Positions 26,673 to 36,526 of a DNA stretch of 64,000 bases are shown here, one piece after another. The stretch is taken from contig JAZDKJ010000006.1 in assembly GCA_043803105.1 (NCBI GenBank), forward strand, positions 364,222 through 428,221, in the 5' to 3' direction. The position numbers and the translations under genes were made by a program. Source of the DNA: Candidatus Woesearchaeota archaeon. Lineage in GTDB: Archaea > Nanobdellota > Nanobdellia > Woesearchaeales > JAZDKJ01. The first letter of the stretch is position 1. Each line of letters opens with the position of its first letter. Below the pieces are notes generated by a model. It was not told the DNA's origin. It saw only the letters and a program-made list of their open reading frames with translations, and made no database searches.

Positions 26673-27659
26673 TTGTATTTGCAGCTGGGTATGGATGCGT
26701 CAAACGAATACTATGCTTTTGTTATCACTTCATGCCGTGGCAATCGCCTCAAGGAGTTTTGCCTGACACCTGCGAAGCGCCTTGTCACCTCACGCGTTTG
26801 TGTCAAAGCAAGCTTGGTTGACTACCAACATAAGCTTGCAGCTCGAGCTGTCTATAATTATAGGGTCGGAGATTCTGTTCTTGTACCGAGTGCAAGCATA
26901 GACAGTTTGACTGACGTTGTCAGCGAGTCCTGGGATGAATTCGTTGTGAATCTTGGGCCATGTTTGAAAAAGGGTGACCATGTCCAGGCGCCAGGGCATA
27001 AAACTTCTCGTGGTTACCATCAGAGCAATTCAGACATAAAGTCAGTTTTTCACACCTCGGTTTCGTTTGGTGGCCTTGATTTGTACTGCAGTCTTTTGCT
27101 CAAGAATACAAAGATTACAGAGGTCATCGAGACTAGGCAGCCCTTCGATTGCCGAGTTAAGAAAGTGGCTAAGTCAAAGAACATCGAGCACGGCACAGTT
27201 GTTGTTGCAGAGCCTGTTGACGAGAACCTCAAATACAAGGGCAATGAAGTTTTTGTCGCGAATATGGGAGGTTTTTTCGTGCGTGATGGCAAGGCTTATA
27301 ATGGCTTGGCGGAATCGCTGACTCCTACCTTTTTGCATATGAAATACCCTGCCCTTGAAAGAGTCAACACTTATGTTCTTGTTGATAAAGAAGATGACTC
27401 CGCATTCCATGCGGCAAAAGGGGTCTATATTCTTGAGAATTGTGGGGTCACAGTGCTCAAGGAAAATTTAAACGATGAGGAACTGAGATATTTTTTGCAT
27501 TTTTTGCAGGAGATGTTTACCTTGCACAAAGGAAGGGATCATCCGTTTGTTGTGGTGCGTAACTGTCCAGCATACAAGGAGCCTGAACATCTCTTGGAGC
27601 ATTTTGGTTTTGATGCAGTGCGGCTGAGCCCGACCAAGTATTCTGATGTGTTCTATTAG
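26673..27659 (+). CDS. hypothetical protein (328 aa)
   Basis: Long ORF. I do not recognise the family. Confidence 0.4.
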   Translation: MYLQLGMDASNEYYAFVITSCRGNRLKEFCLTPAKRLVTSRVCVKASLVDYQHKLAARAVYNYRVGDSVLVPSASIDSLTDVVSESWDEFVVNLGPCLKKGDHVQAPGHKTSRGYHQSNSDIKSVFHTSVSFGGLDLYCSLLLKNTKITEVIETRQPFDCRVKKVAKSKNIEHGTVVVAEPVDENLKYKGNEVFVANMGGFFVRDGKAYNGLAESLTPTFLHMKYPALERVNTYVLVDKEDDSAFHAAKGVYILENCGVTVLKENLNDEELRYFLHFLQEMFTLHKGRDHPFVVVRNCPAYKEPEHLLEHFGFDAVRLSPTKYSDVFY

Positions 27660-27717
27660 CCAGTCAATTTGATGACTGGCTGCAGTGTATCGAATCCTGG
27701 GTTAAATTGTTGAATAA

Positions 27718-28371
27718 TCAACCGAAGAAATCTATAATGCTCTTGCGTGTTATCCTTCTTATCTTCCTTTCTATCTCCTCAGCATTTTCAAATTCCTTTT
27801 CCTTTTCCTTGAAAACCCTTGAGTGATAGAGGTTGCTCTTGGTGTTTGCCTTGTATTGCAGCTTCTTATGCAATAGTTCGTGATACATTACATAATCAAT
27901 TGCATCATCCCCGACCTTTCTCAGTATAGGACTTATGCTTATAGTGTTTGTGTGAAAGTTATAGCTACCCAATGTTCTCCTTGAGCCTTTTCCGAACAAG
28001 AGATTTGGTGCCTCCATCAATCCATAGAAATACTTTTTGTTAACCCGAAAGAAAGAATCAACCAATATTGGGTCCATCCGTGTTGCCGGAACCACTGTTC
28101 CAAGGTTTTTGATAAAGTGGTGATACAAGTCGATGTTAGTGCTTTTTGCAGGCTTTTTGAAAACCTTCACGAGCAGGCTCTGTACCAACCCTATCTGGAT
28201 GTCTTCGCTCACAGTCTTCCATTTCGAGCTCAATTGCATACTCAAGCTGCTTCTAGAAAATCTTACCCTTGCATTGTACGCCTTAAGCCGTCCGTATTCA
28301 AGCTTTGTTTCATAACCGGCAAGCTCTTTGTGATAGAGTCCTGAAAATGCTGCTTTGATTAGGTCGCTCAT
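27718..28371 (-). CDS. SprT-like/WLM (DUF45-like) putative zinc metalloprotease
   Basis: YVMYHELLHK, an HExxH motif. Confidence 0.5.
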   Translation of the reverse strand: MSDLIKAAFSGLYHKELAGYETKLEYGRLKAYNARVRFSRSSLSMQLSSKWKTVSEDIQIGLVQSLLVKVFKKPAKSTNIDLYHHFIKNLGTVVPATRMDPILVDSFFRVNKKYFYGLMEAPNLLFGKGSRRTLGSYNFHTNTISISPILRKVGDDAIDYVMYHELLHKKLQYKANTKSNLYHSRVFKEKEKEFENAEEIERKIRRITRKSIIDFFG

Positions 28372-29468
28372 CCCTGCAATTCATACCTTAGGATTGCTGC
28401 CACTTTGCCAAGGTCTCGCAATTGTACCCCTTCTCTTGTCTCTGTGGAGATTATCTTTACTTCGCTTCCCATCTCCTGCGCCTTTTTGTCTAGTTCTGTC
28501 ACAGTGTTCTCGTCAAGCGCGTCTGACACAAGTAGTGTGTTTACCATCCCTATCTCCAGGGCATGGCGTACTTCCTTTAGCCCATAGGCGACCATTCCTT
28601 GCTTTGTTGCTAGTAATTCAAAGAACCTTGCCATTATCTTTTTCTCGTCAGCTATTTCCTCATTTGCTAGCACATCCTGGCTTTTGTCAAGAAGTTCCTG
28701 AAGCCCGAAATCCCCAGTATAGGATAAGTCCTTTATAGCGATTATCTTTTTCTTCACCTCGTTTGTGATAAAATCTCCGTCAACAAACTCATATTTTGTT
28801 GGCCCAGGCCCTCCCACAAGTATTCCCTTTATTTCGCTCTTCCCAAGGAATGCGTCTTTTGCCATCTCCCCAATCTTTTGGTAGAATTCCTTCGCTGAAT
28901 CCTCCCTTATCCTCATGAATCTTGCTGCTGATTGCCCTCCTGCCCTTGTCTTTCCAGGAACGTTTGATTTGGCAGAAGCGATTGGTATTATGCTTTTTCC
29001 TTTGAGCATTGCCACATCTCCATCGCGCCTATCCAAGACTATCATACCGAAAGCGTCCTTGATATCAGTCATGTCCCTCAGCAAGTCAAGCACGAATTCC
29101 TTGTCGCACCTGTAAATCCTTGTTTTAAGCGGCTCTGGGGGCTCAATGCTCCACACCCTGAAATCTTGCCCTCCCTCCCGTTCTGATACGTTTCCGGAAA
29201 AAACCGCCAATCCATCGGGAGGTGTTCTCTTGAAAAGCTTAAGGTGCTGTATCATTTTTTCCAGCGCATCCTGCACATTCTTGCGTGTTGCTGAAGACTT
29301 TATGTTTGACGCAGTGCCCTGCTCCTGAGAAAGATGGTTTATTATCTTGTTCAAGTCATAGTCTGCTGGCACGTAAACGCTCACAAGCTCAGTGTGCCTA
29401 CCCTTGTATTTTTCCAGTTCCTTCACAAACTTCTGAAGGTCATATCTTTGTTTTGCAGTTAATGTCAT
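28368..29468 (-). CDS. prf1: peptide chain release factor aRF1
   Basis: NIKS motif (TASNIKSSATR), YxCxxxF (YRCDKEF), and GGQ (KTRAGGQSAARF). Confidence 0.9.
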   Translation of the reverse strand: MTLTAKQRYDLQKFVKELEKYKGRHTELVSVYVPADYDLNKIINHLSQEQGTASNIKSSATRKNVQDALEKMIQHLKLFKRTPPDGLAVFSGNVSEREGGQDFRVWSIEPPEPLKTRIYRCDKEFVLDLLRDMTDIKDAFGMIVLDRRDGDVAMLKGKSIIPIASAKSNVPGKTRAGGQSAARFMRIREDSAKEFYQKIGEMAKDAFLGKSEIKGILVGGPGPTKYEFVDGDFITNEVKKKIIAIKDLSYTGDFGLQELLDKSQDVLANEEIADEKKIMARFFELLATKQGMVAYGLKEVRHALEIGMVNTLLVSDALDENTVTELDKKAQEMGSEVKIISTETREGVQLRDLGKVAAILRYELQG

Positions 29469-29637
29469 GATTCAAACTAACTTATCAGGGTATTTAAAAA
29501 TTGTGTTGTGTTCATGCCTGCAAAAAGCTGCCTTGCCAGTCAGATTGACAGGCTCAGGCAAAAAGCATTAACTTTATAAATCACTGGTCGGCTCTGTACA
29601 ATAATCAAGGAGCAGTACACTTGACCTTACAATCATT

Positions 29638-29672
29638 GGGGCTGCGGGGGAGCTGCGAAGTCAGCTCGCACC
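29638..29672 (+). ncRNA. tRNA-Pro(UGG) leader element: copy of the tRNA 5' end and flank, plus a conserved hairpin
   Basis: GGGGCTGCGGGGGAGCT matches the tRNA-Pro 5' end at 15 of 17 nt. The repeat extends about 17 nt into the 5' flank, about 29 of 36 identical overall. It is followed by GAGCTG-CGAAGT-CAGCTC-GCACC. Confidence 0.55.
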
Positions 29673-29710
29673 TTCGTGGGACATAAAGTCCCCCTGACAT
29701 CACAATCAAT

Positions 29711-29827
29711 GGGGCTGTGGGGTAGCTTGGTCTAGCCTATCTGGTTTGGGGCAATGCAAAAAACCAGATGACCCCGGTTCGAAAGTTTTATAAAAGGCTG
29801 ATTAACTCGAAAATCCGGGCAGCCCCA
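29711..29827 (+). tRNA. tRNA-Pro(UGG), with a 12-nt canonical intron and a T-loop insertion of about 30 nt
   Basis: GGGGCTG-TG-GGGT-AGCTTGGTCTA-GCCT-A-TCTGG-TTTGGG[GCAATGCAAAAA]A-CCAGA-TGA-CCCGG-T-loop plus insertion-CCGGG-CAGCCCC-A. Confidence 0.6.
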
Positions 29828-29977
29828 CTCATGTTCGTGGTTGGTCTTCCCAATGGGAAGACGCACCCTTTAGGGTGCCGATGCAGTCAACAGGCATTTC
29901 TGTTGATCCGGGCCGCCCCCACTCAGTTTTGTTGGCTAAAAACATGGGAAAACGCTGCACAAAGGGCAATTCGCAAA

Positions 29978-30286
29978 ATGGGAGAAAAACAATTCGGTTC
30001 AATCAAGAGGTTTGGAGCAAGGTACGGTCGTACTGTCAAACATAACCTCGCAAAGATAGAGGAAGGATTAAGGAATTTCCAGAAGTGCCCGTACTGTTTT
30101 GCAGTCAAGGTCAAGAGAGTATCTTCTGGAGTGTGGCATTGCCGCAAGTGCGATGCCAAGTTTACAGGCAAGGCATATATTGTTTCAGGCAAGCTAAAAC
30201 CTATTGTCCTTGCAAAACCTATCGAGGAAGTTGATGAGGAGATGTCTTTAGGGAAAAAGAAGGAAAAGGTTTCTGAGGAAGAATGA
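29978..30286 (+). CDS. rpl37ae: ribosomal protein L37Ae
   Basis: GSIKRFGARYGRTVKHNLAKIEE...CPYC...WHCRKC, a C4 ribbon. The ORF-track N-terminal extension (from 29768) overlaps tRNA-Pro and is rejected. Confidence 0.8.
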   Translation: MGEKQFGSIKRFGARYGRTVKHNLAKIEEGLRNFQKCPYCFAVKVKRVSSGVWHCRKCDAKFTGKAYIVSGKLKPIVLAKPIEEVDEEMSLGKKKEKVSEEE

Positions 30287-30420
30287 CAAAATACAAGTGT
30301 TTTAATTGCAATAAAAGGGTGAGCGAGGAGTATGTAGGCAAAAGGGTTAGATGCCCTTATTGCGGAAGCAAGATGCTGTTTAAGCCTCGCAGCGTGCTGA
30401 CCAAGGTCAAAGCCCGATAA
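30283..30420 (+). CDS. rpoP: RNA polymerase subunit P (Rpb12/RpoP)
   Basis: MTKYKCFNCNKRVSEEYVGKRVRCPYCGSKMLFKPRS (45 aa). ATGA overlap with rpl37ae. Not in the ORF track. Confidence 0.75.
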   Translation: MTKYKCFNCNKRVSEEYVGKRVRCPYCGSKMLFKPRSVLTKVKAR

Positions 30421-30767
30421 TGAAAATTGACAAGGATGTTGAGCAGAAGATTAAGCGCCTTCAGCTCTATGAACAAAACATGCAGGCGCTTGCTTCACAA
30501 AAGCAGCAGTTCCAAAACCAGCTTGTTGAGATTGAATCAGCATTGGCTGAGCTGGAAACCGCAGAAGTCTCGTACAAAATCATAGCAAATATCATGGTGA
30601 AGTCAGAGAAGCCCGCATTGAAGGCTGAGCTGGAGCAGAAAAAGGAGATGCTCGAGCTTCACATCAAGACCCTGGACAAACAAGAGTCCAGCATTCGCGA
30701 CAAGTCAAAGCAGATTCAGCAGGAAGTTCTAGGCACGATCAAAAATGAAGAAGACAAACCCAAGTGA
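30420..30767 (+). CDS. pfdB: prefoldin beta subunit
   Basis: Coiled-coil beta-hairpin-coiled-coil pattern in the conserved L37ae-RpoP-PfdB neighbourhood. Confidence 0.8.
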   Translation: MKIDKDVEQKIKRLQLYEQNMQALASQKQQFQNQLVEIESALAELETAEVSYKIIANIMVKSEKPALKAELEQKKEMLELHIKTLDKQESSIRDKSKQIQQEVLGTIKNEEDKPK

Positions 30768-30999
30768 TCTGGAGCTCATTTTCTTAGCACTCCAAGAGTT
30801 GATTGATGATACAACTGTTCCCAGGAACGTTAAGTCAAAGGTTGAGGCAGTGCAAAAGATTTTGAAGGAAGAATGCGGGCTGTCCACCCGAGTAAACAAG
30901 GCCTTGAACGAGCTGGAGGAGATTGCTAACGACACGAACATGCAGGCTTACACAAGAACCCAGCTCTGGAATGTTGTCAGCCTTCTTGAAAAGCTTTAG
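30745..30999 (+). CDS. small conserved archaeal protein (UPF0147-like)
   Basis: VPRNVKSKVEAVQKILKEE...RVNKALNELEEIANDTNM...TRTQLWNVVSLLE. Confidence 0.4.
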   Translation: MKKTNPSDLELIFLALQELIDDTTVPRNVKSKVEAVQKILKEECGLSTRVNKALNELEEIANDTNMQAYTRTQLWNVVSLLEKL

Positions 31000-31531
31000 A
31001 TAATGTAGCGTTCGGAACATAAATCTTATCTCCAGTTTCTGTTTCTATGAGTGTCTCTGTCATTCCTATGTGCTCAAGCCTTCCGTGCAATCCCTTGAGC
31101 CTTAGCCTTTTGCCTTTGGCTGGATATTTCTTCTTGAGTTTAAACCCTGCTACCAGGTTTGGAAAAAAACTTCTTAGTCCAAGGAATGTTGAGATGATTA
31201 AGATTATCAGGAGTGCTGAGGCGCTCAAGAACAATACCGGCCTTGTCAGGCCTAACTGGTTTAATGCTGCTATGATTGCAATGAAGTAAATGGTTAAGGT
31301 GCACAATGTTCCTATGAGAGCATCTGGCGCCACCTTCAGGTGCATTTTCTTCGACAATGTTTTCAGCTCTGCCTCTTTGAGTATCCTTTGTACAAGCCTT
31401 CCCACCACCTTGCCTACTATGATGCCTATAAGTATTATGAGCACAGCAAGGACCATTCGTGCTAAAATGCCCGAGAATATTCTTGTGACCCATGGAAACT
31501 GGGTTATTGCAAGGAGTTCAGCTTCTGCCAT
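30977..31531 (-). CDS. small-conductance mechanosensitive channel (MscS-like, short form)
   Basis: Three TM helices plus a C-terminal beta domain. Confidence 0.6.
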   Translation of the reverse strand: MAEAELLAITQFPWVTRIFSGILARMVLAVLIILIGIIVGKVVGRLVQRILKEAELKTLSKKMHLKVAPDALIGTLCTLTIYFIAIIAALNQLGLTRPVLFLSASALLIILIISTFLGLRSFFPNLVAGFKLKKKYPAKGKRLRLKGLHGRLEHIGMTETLIETETGDKIYVPNATLSKAFQEG

Positions 31532-31613
31532 GCCTGTTCAAAGCATTTCAAGATTATTTAAAACTTGTGTTGAGACCAAAACATTTTAATTCTTCGCTGT
31601 TAAACTGTGGCTA

Positions 31614-32708
31614 ATGGATGAAATCTCCAGGAATATCCTGCCTCAGAAGATAAAGGAGTTGGAAGACGAGCTCGCCAAGACCAAGTACAACAAGCGAACA
31701 CAGCATGCCATTGGGCTCCTCAAGGCAAAGATTGCCTTATTGAAGGAGAAGCATGAGCAAAAGTCAAAGAAGGGCGGCCCACTCTATGGCTTTGCTGTAA
31801 AGAAGACTGGCGACGCTACCGTAGTTTTTTTCGGCTATCCCTCTGTCGGCAAAAGCACTCTTCTCAATAGGTTGACAAACGCAAAGTCAGCTGTTGCAGG
31901 TTATGCCTTTACCACAGTATCAGTCATTCCAGGATTGATGGATTACAACAACACCAAGATCCAGCTTCTTGACATCCCGGGCATTATTGCTGGCGCTGCC
32001 ACAGGTTCTGGCCGCGGTAGGGAAGTTCTTGCCATTGTCAGGAATGCTGACCTTCTTGTCATTATTGTTGAAGCACTTCACACTGAGCAAATCAATATAC
32101 TAAAGGATGAGTTGTACAGGTCAGGCGTACGGATAAATCAAAAACCTCCTCAAGTGAAGATTACTAATACCATGCAAGGTGGTATAGTGGTGGATTCTAC
32201 AATCAAGCTCTCAAAGCTAGGTCGTGATACAATAAGGGATATATTGAGGGAATTCAGGATAATGAACGGACATGTGCTCATAAGGGAGGACATCTCTACT
32301 GACCAGTTGATTGATGTGCTTACAGCCAATTGCAAATATCTTCCCTGCATCGTTGTGGCAAACAAGAGCGACCTTCTCAGTCAAAAGCAGCACATCAAGG
32401 GTTGCGACCTCATGATTTCTGCAAAGCATGACCCTAGTCTGGAAGAGCTGCGCAAGCTGATTTTTCTAAGACTCGAACTTATTCGCGTTTTCTGCAAAGA
32501 GGCTGGCAAGCCTGCAGATATGCAGGTTCCGCTGATTCTGAAGAAAGGCAGCAATGTTGAGGATGTTTGCCTCAAGCTTCACAGGGATTTTGTGCCCAGG
32601 TTCAAGATTGCCAAGGTCTGGGGGAAGAGCGCTAAGTTCCCTGGCCAGCAGCTTGGTATAAATCATGTTGTGCAAGATATGGACATAGTTGAGCTTCATC
32701 TGCACTAG
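31614..32708 (+). CDS. Drg-family GTPase (Obg-like, TGS domain)
   Basis: GYPSVGKSTLLNRLT, DIPGII, NKSD, and a TGS C-terminus. Confidence 0.85.
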   Translation: MDEISRNILPQKIKELEDELAKTKYNKRTQHAIGLLKAKIALLKEKHEQKSKKGGPLYGFAVKKTGDATVVFFGYPSVGKSTLLNRLTNAKSAVAGYAFTTVSVIPGLMDYNNTKIQLLDIPGIIAGAATGSGRGREVLAIVRNADLLVIIVEALHTEQINILKDELYRSGVRINQKPPQVKITNTMQGGIVVDSTIKLSKLGRDTIRDILREFRIMNGHVLIREDISTDQLIDVLTANCKYLPCIVVANKSDLLSQKQHIKGCDLMISAKHDPSLEELRKLIFLRLELIRVFCKEAGKPADMQVPLILKKGSNVEDVCLKLHRDFVPRFKIAKVWGKSAKFPGQQLGINHVVQDMDIVELHLH

Positions 32709-32738
32709 CTTTAAATACATCCTGCAAACTGCAAAGAC

Positions 32739-34040
32739 TTGATGAAACCAATAACCATAATTGCATTATTGTGCCTTTTCCTTGTTGCCTGCTCCGTCCA
32801 ACAGCCTGTACAATCTCCTACAGCCAAGGACCTTGGAGAAAGGCAAGTTAAGACCACCATTCCTGATAAGCAAACTATTCCCGAAAAGCAGACCATCGTT
32901 GCCCTTCCAAACACAAATTTCTCTCTTAGGCAAATTGAGTCTTTGATTTACTCTCTCTCAGCCGTGGACTATGAGTTCAGCCAAGACCTTACTGATGAGC
33001 CAATCGTTTCAGAACTAAGAAAAAAACAGCAATTCCTCGCAATGTCCGAAAATACAAACAAGTTTTTTGTTGTCCAACAGCTCAAGCAAGGCAAGCTACA
33101 GACACTCTCAGATTTCTATAACTTCGAGAAGAGTCCGGATTGGCAGCTTTGGCGTTATTATATTAATGAGACAAAGTGGCACTGGGCTTACAAGCCACTC
33201 AGCCAGAAAGAACTTGCTAGGTTGCTTCCAGGTTATTCCTATTTGTCTTATACTGCTCCCGACTCTGATTGGATTGATGTGGATATTTTCGAGCAGCCGG
33301 TCATGACAAGCCTTGGCCCGATCCTGGAGTACAGGATGTTCTTGACAAAGTATAACCAGTTTGGTTTTGCCCAGGATGAGTGGCAGCCTGCAGTGATTTT
33401 ATATAAGGTTCCGTGCTCAGAATCAACAGTCTTTTACCTGAGGCCAAAAAGAGGCCTTGACTTTGGTTATGCTGTGCAGCTTAACCAGAAAAAGTCTGAT
33501 TATCTTCACAACTGGGACAGGGAAATCTTAAAAAAACAGCCATTGATGATAAATTATAGTGAATCAATAATGCGTGCCTGCGGCTTAAACAGATCATCCT
33601 TCACCTCCGCAAATCCATCAACTTATGAGGACCATTTTAGTTTGGTAGTGAACAACAAGGTCTATTTCAAGAAGTTGTTCAATTTTTCAATGGATGCTAG
33701 GGTCTCGCTCAGGGAAAAGCCGCCTTATGATGCTTATCACATTGAAGACCTCAATCTGAGTTTTGTCTATTCAGACAAGTTCATGAGGATCACCGATTAT
33801 CATGTGAGCGTGAAGATTTTGATCAATGATTCAGGATGGATTAAGGACTATGCTGAGTACCAGATTGTTGGTGACCCTGTTCCTTTCGGTAGGCAGGTCC
33901 AGAGGAATTTCAGTGTCTTCAAGGACATCACTTTTGGCCCTAACGCAACCATTATACTGATTCCCTATCTTGGCACAGTGGACACTTTTGAGGCATGGCG
34001 CTATTATATTGGTGAGCCTATAGCCAGGAAGATAAGCTGA
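32739..34040 (+). CDS. lipoprotein or secreted protein, hypothetical (433 aa)
   Basis: N-terminus MMKPITIIALLCLFLVACS, a lipobox-like signal. Confidence 0.5.
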   Translation: MMKPITIIALLCLFLVACSVQQPVQSPTAKDLGERQVKTTIPDKQTIPEKQTIVALPNTNFSLRQIESLIYSLSAVDYEFSQDLTDEPIVSELRKKQQFLAMSENTNKFFVVQQLKQGKLQTLSDFYNFEKSPDWQLWRYYINETKWHWAYKPLSQKELARLLPGYSYLSYTAPDSDWIDVDIFEQPVMTSLGPILEYRMFLTKYNQFGFAQDEWQPAVILYKVPCSESTVFYLRPKRGLDFGYAVQLNQKKSDYLHNWDREILKKQPLMINYSESIMRACGLNRSSFTSANPSTYEDHFSLVVNNKVYFKKLFNFSMDARVSLREKPPYDAYHIEDLNLSFVYSDKFMRITDYHVSVKILINDSGWIKDYAEYQIVGDPVPFGRQVQRNFSVFKDITFGPNATIILIPYLGTVDTFEAWRYYIGEPIARKIS

Positions 34041-34079
34041 CGAAAGCATTAAATACGAACCAAGAAACAAGGTTCAAAG

Positions 34080-34316
34080 GTGAGATTTATGGCAAAGAAG
34101 AATGAATCAAGCAATGACGAGCAAATCGGTTTTCACAAGGGTGCCCTTTCCACACTCGCAAAGGAGCGTGAGGAGATGGCAAAGATTCTGTCCATTGTCG
34201 AGCAGCTTATGCAGATGCACGTCAAGGCTCTAAAGGAACTTGGTGTTGACCTTGCTGCCCAGGCAAAGGAGTTTGAGGCAAAGCAGAAATCCAAGAAGAT
34301 TGATGATATGTTATGA
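34080..34316 (+). CDS. small hypothetical protein
   Basis: 78-aa ORF, helical. Confidence 0.3.
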   Translation: MRFMAKKNESSNDEQIGFHKGALSTLAKEREEMAKILSIVEQLMQMHVKALKELGVDLAAQAKEFEAKQKSKKIDDML

Positions 34317-34702
34317 AGGTTTCTTTTTCTGCTTTTGGCCATCCCAACATCACTGCAACCCACAAGACCACTTTAGAGATAACAAGCGATTCTGAAGTCT
34401 CAGCTTCAGGAACGTGCATTATCGGAGTTAGGGCAAAGATTCCTGACCTGAGATGTTTTCTTGACAAGCCCTCGATTATCATATTGCTCAAGGTAGCTGG
34501 ACTGGAGGACAAGATAAGATGTGTGCCGAACCCCTCGTTTCAAAGTGATAAAGAGCTGGTTGTTAGGATGGGAGAATTCAAGTCACCAAGGACATTTGGG
34601 TTAAGGGCTGACAAGGCTTCAAGACACATTGACCGGAGGATTGCGCAATTGCTCAAGGATAGTTCAATGCGCCTTCAAATTGAGGTGACTGATGAGGCGT
34701 AA
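34313..34702 (+). CDS. conserved archaeal protein (possibly DUF371)
   Basis: 129-aa ORF (HPNITATHKTTLEITSD). Family assignment is tentative. Confidence 0.3.
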   Translation: MKVSFSAFGHPNITATHKTTLEITSDSEVSASGTCIIGVRAKIPDLRCFLDKPSIIILLKVAGLEDKIRCVPNPSFQSDKELVVRMGEFKSPRTFGLRADKASRHIDRRIAQLLKDSSMRLQIEVTDEA

Positions 34703-35150
34703 GCAGCTCAGTAAGGCAGAGATAAAGGAGTTCGCAGATAAGCTCTGTGCCCTATACCCTGGTTATCAGCTTTCAAAAAAAGACCAGGTCGAGTTGGTTG
34801 ACGAGAAGATCATTCTTATCAACAGGCAATCCTCTTTCTTCCTGCGTGAAGGCGTTCCTGTTCCAACTCTCAGGCTGCTTTTGAAGAATCAATTTCTTAA
34901 GACCTTAGTGGTTGATATGGGCGCTGTTGGGTTTGTTGCCGAAGGCGCTGATGTGATGCGGCCAGGAATAGTTGGTTTCGACAATGACATAACTGAAGGC
35001 GAGTTTGTTGCAGTCGTTGACTTGCAGAACCGAAAACCGCTTGCTGTTTGCCAGGCTGTTATGTCCTCAGAACAATTGAAGTCGACCGGCTCGGGCAAGT
35101 CGTGCAAGAACCTGCATCATGTAGGGGATGAGATCTGGTCCGTTACTTGA
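34692..35150 (+). CDS. PUA-domain RNA-binding protein (pre-PUA plus PUA, Tma20/MCT-1-like)
   Basis: C-terminal PUA-like region (GADVMRPGIVGFD...GEFVAVVD). Confidence 0.5.
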   Translation: MRRKQLSKAEIKEFADKLCALYPGYQLSKKDQVELVDEKIILINRQSSFFLREGVPVPTLRLLLKNQFLKTLVVDMGAVGFVAEGADVMRPGIVGFDNDITEGEFVAVVDLQNRKPLAVCQAVMSSEQLKSTGSGKSCKNLHHVGDEIWSVT

Positions 35151-35586
35151 TGCGTCTTGTCTTTGGCACATAGTTCAATATCCTTCCCTGTCTTGCGCTT
35201 CCGCAGCCAAGATAATGTTCCTTATGTTTCACGATCACAAATCCGTCCTGGCATTCCTTTTCTAAGTCAAAGCCTTTCAGCCAGCTCATTTCTTCCTGTT
35301 CATTCACTTCAACAATATTTTTTGTTGCGCCTGGGCCTATGATTTGGCTTCCTTCCATTGACAGCCTAAGCCTTTCGTGTGTTATCTCTCCGAAATAAAG
35401 CCCTACAGAATTGATTCGTAGCGCCTTTAGCTCTATCAACCCAAAATCCCGAGTGGTTAGGAAAATCCTTGACTTGTTGTTCATCAGGAATACGTACTCA
35501 AGTTTTGCCTTGAATCCCCATTGGTCTTCAAGGAGCACAGCTATCTTCTTTATTTCATGGGTGTTTAATATACTAAGGTTGTCCAT
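35143..35586 (-). CDS. Nip7-like/pre-PUA RNA-binding protein
   Basis: KIAVLLEDQWGFKAKLEYVFLMNNKSRIFL...GLYFGEI. Confidence 0.45.
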   Translation of the reverse strand: MDNLSILNTHEIKKIAVLLEDQWGFKAKLEYVFLMNNKSRIFLTTRDFGLIELKALRINSVGLYFGEITHERLRLSMEGSQIIGPGATKNIVEVNEQEEMSWLKGFDLEKECQDGFVIVKHKEHYLGCGSARQGRILNYVPKTRRIK

Positions 35587-35590
35587 AATT

Positions 35591-35791
35591 CTATGAGTTT
35601 AGCATTCCATCCATTGTGTCATGTACAACTTCCTTGAAAGTCCTGTACTCGTTAGGGTCTATAGCCTTCTGATAGAGCGCTTCAAGCACAGCACAACCCA
35701 CAGACATCCCATATTTAATGCTACCTGCTTCAGGAAGCGCTGCCAGCACAGCCACTGAGTTCACTATTGCTGCTTCAAGGTTTACATCCAT
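35591..35791 (-). CDS. small hypothetical protein
   Basis: 66-aa ORF. Confidence 0.3.
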   Translation of the reverse strand: MDVNLEAAIVNSVAVLAALPEAGSIKYGMSVGCAVLEALYQKAIDPNEYRTFKEVVHDTMDGMLNS

Positions 35792-35877
35792 ACAAACCTT
35801 TCTCTCAGTGTGATATTTAAATATTTAGTTTCATTCAAACATAAAAGCTTAAATATCCATTTTAACAGTATATCCTT

Positions 35878-36495
35878 ATGAAGAAGCTGGTTGCCTTTGC
35901 CTTTCTCCTTGTCCTTTTGGCCTGCGTTGTGAAAGCTGCAGGAATCTCAGTCACTTATGCCTATATCGAGCTGAACGTGACTAATGAGCCTCCGAGCATT
36001 GTCTCTCTATCTGTTGGAGACCCTGTGGTGTACGAGGACTCGGAAATTGTCTGCAACGCCACGGCTTTAGACAGGGAAAATAATGATATCAATTATCATT
36101 ATTCTTGGTCTATAAACAATCAGCCTGTTGCAGAAACCGGCCGCGTGTTTCATACCGGAGCGTTAAAGCCAGGCGATTCTGTGAGTTGCATTGCTGTTCC
36201 TTTTGACATGTTTGCAAACGGCACTTCTGCTGTTGCCTCAACAACAATCCAAGACATGCCTGTCGCAGTGAGGGCAGTTAAGCAAGGTCTCTCCCTTGTT
36301 GGAGTTGACGCAAAAGCACAAGCAATCTCTGGAGCTACACAAAGAGGCCTGCTCGCCACAACCGGTTTTGTTGCTGGACAGGTTTCTTCAAGCACTGCCG
36401 GCTCTGTTGGTTTGCTCCTTGCCATTGTTGCTTTTCTTGTTTTCCTGAACCTTAACCTTGCCCTAAGGTTGAAAAAGAAGCTTTCTCGGGGTTAG
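35878..36495 (+). CDS. cell-surface protein with signal peptide and C-terminal TM anchor
   Basis: Signal peptide, beta-rich ectodomain, and C-terminal LLLAIVAFLVFLNLNLALRLKKK. Confidence 0.5.
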   Translation: MKKLVAFAFLLVLLACVVKAAGISVTYAYIELNVTNEPPSIVSLSVGDPVVYEDSEIVCNATALDRENNDINYHYSWSINNQPVAETGRVFHTGALKPGDSVSCIAVPFDMFANGTSAVASTTIQDMPVAVRAVKQGLSLVGVDAKAQAISGATQRGLLATTGFVAGQVSSSTAGSVGLLLAIVAFLVFLNLNLALRLKKKLSRG

Positions 36496-36526
36496 CTTTA
36501 TAACAACAAGCGCACTGCCAAGATTC

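Noticed and set aside
29768-29977. N-terminal 70-aa extension of the L37ae ORF
   Set aside because: It overlaps tRNA-Pro(UGG) and the leader element. L37ae homology starts at the internal Met.
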